A DNA stretch of 64,000 nt from Stylophora pistillata (lineage: Eukaryota), in contig NW_019217813.1 in the NCBI RefSeq assembly GCF_002571385.2, forward strand, positions 539,512 to 603,511. Direction: 5' to 3'. Under the pieces are notes generated by a model. The model was not told the origin of the DNA, ran no database searches, and saw only the letters and a list, made by a program, of their open reading frames with translations. Shown one piece after another: positions 55,501-64,000 of the stretch; position 1 is the first letter of the stretch; each line of letters opens with the position of its first letter. A program made the position numbers and the translations under genes.

Positions 55501-58500
55501 TTCATGCTTATGTATATTGTTAAGGGTAAGGTCATCATGTCGCATTTTAAATCAAATTGTGTGGACCAAAAATATTTATAACATAACCAAAGTTAAGCGA
55601 GCGCTCTGATTGGTCAATTTAGCGTCCCCCATTTGCCCGTGGGTGTATGCTGCTGACGTGAGCAAATGCAAAGGCTATTTTTCTGCGTACGCTTGTTTTT
55701 TTCTGGTCACGCAAGATTTGTTAAGTAAAAGGGAACTCGATAGCTTCAATGTATCAATATAAGAAGCTAGAGTCGCTCTTGGCTATCGCCTCGTGCAACT
55801 CTTATGCTTCTTTCATGCTTACCAACCTCCCACGTGCATGCATGACTCAATAGTGTATGCTGTGGTGTTTACCATTTGTTAAGTACTGAGCACCAGGAAG
55901 GAGTAATTTTTACTTCCAGCTACTGTTGGCATCTAAAAAAGATCATTAGTGCTTAAGCTCCCTACCTTGCAGAGTTAAAAAAAATAATTTATTTTTACAA
56001 GTATTAGAAAAAAAAATGTGTGAGTAGCAGACAAACATTGGAAGCCTGCTTCATTAGGATTTCAAATTAAATTGTCTCAGTTTTGATTGTTGTTTTAGGG
56101 AGATGATGGAGACTGACTCTACACCTGAGAATGATCAGGAAGACCATCTGACTGGTGTAACATTGGACACAGTTGCTCTGGATACAGAAAGTGATCAGCA
56201 AACTTTAGAAGTGGTGTCATCTGGTGACTCTATTATGTCCACATGTATAGAGGATACAAATGGATAGAAGAACAGCTATCTTTCTACTGAATCAGTTGTA
56301 CAAGAAGTATCTTTGGAATCTGACCAATTGGAAGATGATGTGGAAGGGAATCAGCCAGATTGTGACACAAATGTTAGTTGGGGTGAAAGTAAACCATTGA
56401 TATCCAGCTGTAAAAATTCAGAAAACTTTTTTGTGATGACAAAAAAAATACTGTAGTTTGATTTTAATTTATGTGCTTTTCTAGAAATACTTTGGTTGGT
56501 AATTAGGGGAAATTGGAAGACATTGTATTGGTCAGTTTTTCTATTTGACAAATTTTTTTCTTTATTTTAGTGGCCATTATTGAAATAAATGAAATAATGA
56601 ATAAATAAGTGCAGGGGTTTCATTAATGTTTTCAGCAGGAGAGCAACTGGTTTTCACAGGTGGGCAAAACTTTTTGAACTAAACTTCTTTATAAGATAAA
56701 CCTTCCTCCAGACTGTTAAACCAGGTGGGGCAAAACTGTCCTAACTGGTCAATTTGGCCGGGTGCCCGGCCTTTAATGAAACCCCTGTAAGTGGGATTTA
56801 GTAATGAACATTCCATGAGGTGGCTCTTCTGGTTGAATTGGAATTTAGAATGTTGGTTTTTTTGTGGAGGGAGGAAAACTGGAGGACCCAGAGAAAAACC
56901 CCAGGAACAAGGATAAAAACCCTGGCCAAAGTGGTGGGAGGTGAGCGCTCTCACCACTTTGCCTTCCCTGCTCTCTGTTCTTTGAATCTCTTCATTACAT
57001 TTGTTGAAACAACTGTTAAATAGTTTTTATTGTATTTCTAGTTTATTGTTTGTGTTTGGTAATTTGTTTCATTTTTCTCCTAATCTTAAATTGTTGATTG
57101 GGATACTTTAATTTATGACTTTCAATTCTGTAAATGTTATTTATGCTACACTAATCTAGAGAATTATTTTCTTCAAAGCTGTTTCTAAGTGTAGTGTGTG
57201 GTCTTTTGTAGGATATACATCCTGAAACTGGTGAGAGTAAAGAAGATGACCCTCTTGCCAACAATGAAGCAACAGAAGACCAAGCAACAGAAGAGAATGC
57301 AGAAGCAGAAGAAGTTGTTGCCATGACAGATGTCAGCAAAATGCCATCAAATCCTTCATCTTTTTTTGAAGACAAAGGAACAGATGATTTCTTGCATGAC
57401 CAGGATGACAAGCCTGTCAAATTTGGAAAAATAGTGGATCCTCATGTTTTGGGGTGCTGTGAATTCTGTGGTGGTCCAGTCAAGAGGCGACGGTATTGTT
57501 CTCCTGTGAAACGATTCTGCTCTAAGGGTTGCTCTCGCAGTTCTAGAAAAGCCAACCAAAAGGTATGTGATTTTAAGATGACCATAAAGTAGGAAACAGG
57601 ACATTTAATTCACAGAATAATAGAAGATCAGACAAAATTAAACACAACCAGAGCAAGTGTCTCTATTTATCGTGCTGATTTGGTTCATTTCTACTCTCCC
57701 AAGTGGTTTAGGTGAGCAGGTTGCAAGTGGCAGTCAGCTTTATCTTAGCCAAGAGATTGGGGGGTGGGCCTTAGCTTTCCTCACACCAAATCTTTCTTTT
57801 GGGCATGTTTGATATATCTGTATCTTTCAGAAGAAAGAAGGAGAAGACAATGGACAGGATTCTGATGAAGGTAGCACCACAGGAGGTTTGTTTGTATTCT
57901 TGTTTTTTATAATAAATTTTTGGTTTTTCATATCAAGATATTTGGAATTGCAATTTCTTTAACTTTGTGTTGTTTCTTGTACACATACTGGATTGTTGTG
58001 GAAATACGCTTAACTATTAGTGAGAAACACTCACAAGCTAGTTTTCAGGGATTACAACAAAACTTAAGTAATTAAAAATAGAATAAAATGCTATGAATAA
58101 ATGTAACATAATTAAGTACCCAGTTTTGGTCTGATTGACTGTAGTGATTACAATACTTAAGTTGTGATTTGATTTTGATGTGGATAAGATGAGAGAAGCT
58201 GTGTTAACTTATCCATCTATCTTTGAAATTTTCCAGTCACTGAAGGTGAAGCCCCACATAAATTTACTTGGAGTGATTACATGGAAGCAGCTTTAAGCAA
58301 AGCTGCTCCTGATTGCTGCTTCAAACATGTAAGTACACATAGTTAACCCTTTGCCCCTTACAGTGACTAGTATCTAATTTCTCCCTACAACATCACCCCT
58401 AAATCACACATTTAGGTCAGGAGAATAAAGGAGATGATCACCAACTATAGAAGCTCTTTAGTTAAAAGTTAATTCTCCTTGCCAGCACTTTAGGAAATGC

Positions 58501-61500
58501 ATAGAGAGCAGTACTAGTTTAGAGAATACTGTAAATCCTCTAATAAGCACCCCCCTAATAAGTCCGGCCCTCTAATAAGCCCCTCTCTTTTGAGAAAGAA
58601 ATTTATTAAGCCCTCCCACCCCTCCCCCTCAAAAAANNNNNNNNNNNNNNNNTCTAAATTGACAATGTTCATTTTCATGGTACTTATGAACTAATTTATT
58701 CTTGTTTTTCTGGCTACCATGTTCCCACCAATAACTTAGTTCCATTTTCTGCACATAAAACATATGCAAAACCACAATTTGCTCATATGAAAGGGCTAAC
58801 ATCGGAAACGTCAGCTTACAAACTCTCTATGGTGGCCAATTTACATTGGTCAAGAAAGAAAACCACAAAGGCAACGGCAACGGAAACATCACTAGACAAA
58901 GGGTTTTATGAGCAGAACAATGGCCGTGCTTGTGTGTTATAAATCTTTATAAATTTCTTTGCATCCTCTGCACAACGACAGCTAATTTTTTAAATTTCTA
59001 TATCTGATTTAAACAATGTGTTCCATATCCAGTTTTGAGATAGTTTTGACAGTGAGAAACAACCAAGTGACGTAAGAGTATCATGAGATTTGTAGGTAAA
59101 ATATAAGTTCATTTTTTAACTGACGTTGTCGATGGCATTGCCTTTGTTATTTCTTAAGCTCCATAACATCAACTCAGGGACACAGCACCACAATTTCTTG
59201 AGAAACCTACTCCCTTTATTGATTTTTGAATCGCCTTCATCCTCAACAGGCAACTGCTGATGTACCAGGCCTCAAGCCAGGAATGAAACTTGAAGCGGTC
59301 GACAGGAACAATCCTCCTTCATTTTGTGTTGCAACAGTCATTCAACAGGTTGGGCACAGGGTGCGTATACGTTATGATGGCTTTGGAAAGGACAATAGCA
59401 ATGACTGCTGGTGCAATTTCCAAGCAGAAGAGTTACATCCCATTGGCTGGTGTGCACAGAACGGCTATCCTCTTCAACCTCCTAAAGGTAAGATTTGTGT
59501 GAATTATTATCCTCGCTGTTCTTCCTATATACCAGGGAATTCAGAAAAAGCCAGTCACTAAGCTAGGTTCAACTTCCACTATTTTCTTGAGCAATGACCA
59601 GTAGCAGGTAATCAAGCCAGTTACCCATGCATGGTCAGCCTCTCCTTGTTCATGTTTTTATTACTGCTTTCTTGGTCTCAGTAGCCTGCTACACTATCAG
59701 TAGCCATTTTTTAAAAGATTTATTTAACAATTGAAACCCAGTTTATAGGCTCTTGCTTTAGTGGTCTTTTTTTCAGGACCAATTGGCCACATTAAATTTC
59801 TTTCTAAGAGGAAATAGTTTGAGTGCTAGGTTTAAAGCTCACAAGCCTGGAGTAAACATTGCTATAATATAGATAGGGTAGACACATCAAAAAAAGGAAA
59901 TGCTTCCAACTATCTCACATATTAATGAATGGTGGAGATTTTATCCAGAAAATAAAAATTAAGATATTTTATCCAGCAAATAAAAACTTAGATGCTAAAT
60001 GAAACATACCCTTGGGTATTCAAGATTGTTAGCATGTAGGTACTTTCTCTTTGGTTTATGATAATTGCCGTAGATCTTAGGACAAGTTGGATTGGCTGGC
60101 CTGTTGAGAGCTAGACTTATAAATGAGTAAATAAAATAATTTCTTTGAAGTTGATGATGTAGGAAGGGGTTACCCAATCTTCTGGGTCCCCAGTGCTTAA
60201 CCTGTTCCAGTTAGTTGGGTTTAATTGGACAGGTGCAATGTGTTTTTGGGATCTGTTTGCAGGTATAAATGAGTAAATAAACTAATTTCTTTGAAGTTGA
60301 TGATGTAGGAAGGGGTTACCCAATCTTCTGTGCCCCCAGTGCTTAACCTGTTCTAGTTAGTTGGGGTTAATTGGACAGGTGCAATGTGTTTTTTGGGATC
60401 TGTTTGCAGGTATAAATAGTACTCTTGAAGACTGGAGGACATTTTTGACTCAGACTCTCACAGGTGCTCTCGCAGCACCTCATGATCTGTTTAGAAAGGT
60501 AATATGTGACTGGCTGAATAGACCATATAGATCATGTAAAAGCCTTTGTCAATTTTTTTTTTTTATTATTATCATAGTTATATTAACAATTGTTATATTC
60601 TTAAAATCATTTATCAAGAACTTATTTTAGTGAGGTAATTTTCAGAGCAGTCCTCGTGATAAACGCCAGCAGATTAAAATGATTTAAAACTTGGTTGGAT
60701 AAAGAGTAATTTTAAATGATTGTGCAAATCAACATAATGTAAAGAACATCAAACAATAAACAAAAATTATTTTGTGAATAAACCCCTTCAGGCGGCTGGT
60801 ATGTCNNNNNNNNNNNNNNNNTCAGCGACGGTAAAGGTGTCAAACAATTGGACACTAAAAGTTGATGGTCACAAACTTAAACTTCACTGGAAAGCATCTG
60901 CCAAGGGAACATCTGCACTGGAGGGACAAAGGTCATTCAGCCCAACAGTAATTGAGAAATGAGATAGAATAAATATATGAAAATCATATATTGAACTGCG
61001 GTATTTGATACGTATGATGCACGATCCTCGCAGTAGATAGCGCTATTTAAGCAATAGCAAAATTCAGACCTGAAAAAAATCAGGCCTGTACGGGACTCGA
61101 ACCACTGACCTCTGCGATACTAGTGCAGCGCTCTAACCAATTGAGCTAACAAGCCAACTGAGAGCAGGCCGTTAAGTTGATTCGTAATGAACCCGTGAAA
61201 GTGATAAATGAGATAGAATAAATATATGAAAATCATATATTTTGAACTGCGGTATTTGATACGTATGATGCACGATCCTCGCAGTAGATAGCGCTATTTA
61301 AGCAATAGCAAAATTCAGACCTGAAAAAAATCAGGCCTGTACGGGACTCGAACCACTGACCTCTGCGATACTAGTGCAGCGCTCTAACCAATATATGATT
61401 TTCATATATTTATTCTATCTCATATCCAAATTACTTCAAGCAGACAAGTGATAAGAATATAGAAAAATATCAATTAGGGGATTATTAGTTGATCCAATAC

Positions 61501-63468
61501 CAAATTCTCCAAACTAATTCACTTACCTCTCCTCTGAAAAATTGTATGGCAGACAGTTTGGAGAATTCCTGGATGATATTATTGAGATCTTTGGAATGAA
61601 AGGGTGAAAAGGCTCTGGCACTGATCTTTTTGACAATTTTTTTTGTCTGTGATTGCATCTTTGTTTTGTCCTGTGGGAGATACTTCACTCTAACTGGGAG
61701 AGGTGTATCTCTACCAGGCATGCACCTCAGGCATCTTATGTTTCCTTTACTAAGCAAAGTCCATAATTCAGGGTCTGCAACAAGCATAATAGATTCATTA
61801 TAGTGAATTGAAGTCACTGACAACAACAACTATTCACTCGGCTCTGATGATGACTTCCATGCAGGTTGTCGAAAGGTCAGTCACCACCACCGTCAACTGT
61901 ACAGGTCCTTCTCAGGACTACACTCACCCGGACGATCACACTACACTTCCACATAGTATAAATTTTTGTCATTCACTTTTATTTTGATTTGTCTTTCTCC
62001 AATTTAAGACTCAAGAGCACTTCCAGCCAAGAGTTCATGGGTTTGAAATAAGCATGAAATTAGAAGCTGTTCACCCAATGAAGCCATCAATCATCTGCCC
62101 TGCGACAGTCACCAAGAGCTTGGGTCCTTACTACTTTGCTGTTACTACTGACTATCAAGAAGATGTGCCTGCAGTCACATTTTGTTGCCATAGTGACTCT
62201 CCAGGGATTTTTCCTGCAGGCTGGTGTTCCAGACACCAAGTGGATTTGTCTGTTCCTGGAAGTAAGTGTTGAGTGTTGTAAGTTAGACAGTGCTATTTAA
62301 GCGGGCAAGCTAGTAAAGCTATTGAGCTAACCTCCCGGTTAGCTCAATTGGTTAGAGCGCTGGACTGTTGTGCGGGAGGTCGAGGTCGATGGTTCGAGCC
62401 CCGGCCAGACCAACACTCAAGGTCTTAAATTAACCGAGGAGAATGTGCTACCTTTCTTTAATAAGAAATGGATAGACATTCTAGTCTTCTCGGATAAGGA
62501 CAAATAAACTGTAGGTCCTGTCTCCTGCATCTATTAATTAGTTAATTTGGTTAGGCAGGGGACGTTAAAGAACCCACTCACAAGATTACTGTGATGTGGT
62601 CTAGCCTGTTTACTGGGAATGGGGGGAGGGGGCATCTTCAAATAAGTTTCCTTTGATTGTTTGTAAATTGCTGATGCAGTCTGGCCAAAGTCCCCCAAAA
62701 AGTGTTGTAGTGGGCATTTGATCATATCCACATGTTAATTTGCGCAATATAAATATTAAATTATTATTATTTTTTTTATTATTAAAGTGGGAGGAGACGG
62801 GGCAGGAGGGGTACAGGAGCTAAGAGAGGAAGAGCAAGAGGTGGGAAGGAGTAACATTATACGGATGGAAAGCAGGAAGGAGATGTACAAATGGAGATAG
62901 GGGCTGATAGTTTCGAAAGAAACTGTTTGGGGCTGGGTCAGTGGGAATAACAAAATAATTTGGATATATCAACAAAGTTGAAGTGATAAATTGGCCACCG
63001 TAACGATTCCAAAAAGCTGACGTTTCGAGTGTTAGCCCTTCGTCGGAGCGAATGACAAAGGGCTAACGCTCGAAACGTCAGCTTTTGGAATGGTTACGGT
63101 GGCCAATTTACCACTTCAACTTTGTTGATATGTCCAAATTACAAATGGAGATGCTTGTCAATTGGTAGTGTGAGATGGAAGTCAATTTTGTGGTGTGTGT
63201 TTATCAAGGGGGTATTGAAGCAGGGTATGGGAAAAGGGTTTCACGATATTTAAACACAACTGGGCATCTCCAGTGTAGATATTTTACCTTACTGACATGT
63301 TATGTATCCCATTAAGGGGCCGGCCTGGGCGGCCATTATATTTACTCTTACATAGTCAAGGTTCTTGTGTGATTGTTTCATGTTTCAGGCTACACCAAAA
63401 AAACTTTTGCATGGGACAAATATTTAGCTGTATGCCGGTCAACCTTCGCCCCTCCTCATCTGTTTCGG
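49568..63468 (+). CDS. FCS zinc finger + MBT repeat Polycomb protein (Sfmbt/MBTD1/L3MBTL2-like), 3'-incomplete
   Basis: Exons 49568-49575 (tentative, ATGGCGCC|GTAAG), 56099-56372 (contains in-frame TAG), 57212-57562 (CEFCG..KRFCSKGCSR), 57831-57870/57885, 58237-58328, 59250-59487 (GMKLEAVD..RIRYDGF..LHPIGWC), 60410-60498, 62009-62261 (MKLEAVHP..IFPAGWC), 63389-63468. Phases match. Confidence 0.85.
54045..54230 (+). repeat. Second abundant interspersed repeat family (also 1-470, 3130-3515, 7770-8280, 61435-61605)
   Basis: Shared consensus ctcccaagatctcattagtaattctcc...ggagaatt.gtattggatcaact..taatcccc...aggagaaattctgtcttggtcactc. Confidence 0.75.
56612..56787. mobile_element. hAT-like MITE with 6-bp TSD TAAGTG
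   Basis: TIR CAGGGGTTTCATTAA / TTAATGAAACCCCTG; TAAGTG on both flanks. Confidence 0.8.
60118..60417 (+). repeat. Tandem duplication (~146 bp) that includes an MBT-gene 3' splice site
   Basis: 60118-60263 and 60264-60410 are near-identical, with TATAAAT microhomology at the junctions. Confidence 0.9.
60957..61423 (-). repeat. Tandem tRNA-derived repeat (249-bp unit, ~1.7 copies) with a terminal inversion
   Basis: Unit repeats at 60957 and 61206; 61391-61423 is an inverted copy of the unit start. Confidence 0.8.
62956..63141. mobile_element. Foldback made of two inverted Penelope pLTR/hammerhead halves
   Basis: Arms match the 12505-12600 and 13080-13180 pLTR sequence; hammerhead cores are altered (CCGACGA, ATGACAA). 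Confidence 0.75.
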
Positions 63469-64000
63469 GTATGTTTAGTAGATGTACAACTTTCTCATTA
63501 CTTTGTGTATAAATTATTCAAGGAAAGGTATCAGGGACAGGCTGGGAGATTTTTTTTTATTTTTGATAAAAAATTTTTAGGCAGTTTTTTTTAATGAAAG
63601 CTGGGTATAGTTATTTTCTTAAATCAGATTCTTTACAATCAGACAAAGTCTTTACAACCAATTATTGCATCTCATTTAGAAACTGTGTTGTCTCTTACCA
63701 ATTTTGCGCTGAAGGAAAACAAAGTTAAACTTATGCTGTGAAAGATCACCACATCGAACTGTGTAAACTGTAATTTTGAAACAACTCTTTTAACATTATT
63801 TGTAAACTTGTATTTCATAGCTGTGAATAAGCAGATAGTTTCTAAGCTAATGCCTTTAAGATTTAAGATTAGATATGGAATGATTCTTGTGCTAAATTAA
63901 TCTGATTATGGTTGATTGTGTTTTCCTTATTATGCACAAGACTTCTTTTTCTCTTTGCCAAGATCATTATTTTCATTTTAATTTCACGGAACTTTGACAT

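Noticed and set aside
61083-61155. tRNA-Thr(AGT)-like gene (also ~21013-21085)
   Set aside because: Mismatched T and anticodon stems, and embedded in a multi-copy repeat with shared flanks; treated as a tRNA-derived repeat.

Overview
AT-rich eukaryotic genomic DNA with GT-AG introns. The gene and repeat content point to a stony coral (Pocilloporidae-like; inference). Exons were assembled by hand from splice sites and reading phase. Recognisable genes: first exon of CCDC40 (-), head-to-head with a 14-exon MGRN1/RNF157 RING E3 ligase (+, 1799-13588); GRB2 (-, 6 coding exons); UBE2S (-, 5 exons); and the 5' part of an FCS-finger/MBT-repeat Polycomb gene of the Sfmbt/MBTD1/L3MBTL2 type (+, running off the window). 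Between MGRN1 and GRB2 lie three unrecognised spliced gene candidates: a small PH/EVH1-like protein, a BC-box/SOCS-box-like protein with tandem ubiquitin-like segments, and an 8-exon minus-strand gene with a C-terminal hydrophobic helix that the ORF track mostly misses. Introns and spacers carry MITEs (CAG-ended with 5/6-bp TSDs, a Harbinger-type element, a foldback), tRNA-derived SINEs, Penelope fragments with minimal hammerhead ribozyme motifs, a THAP-bearing Kolobok-like relic and a Crypton-like relic. Assembly gaps: 11775-12330, 58637-58652, 60806-60821. All identifications come from recall of family sequences; no search was run.
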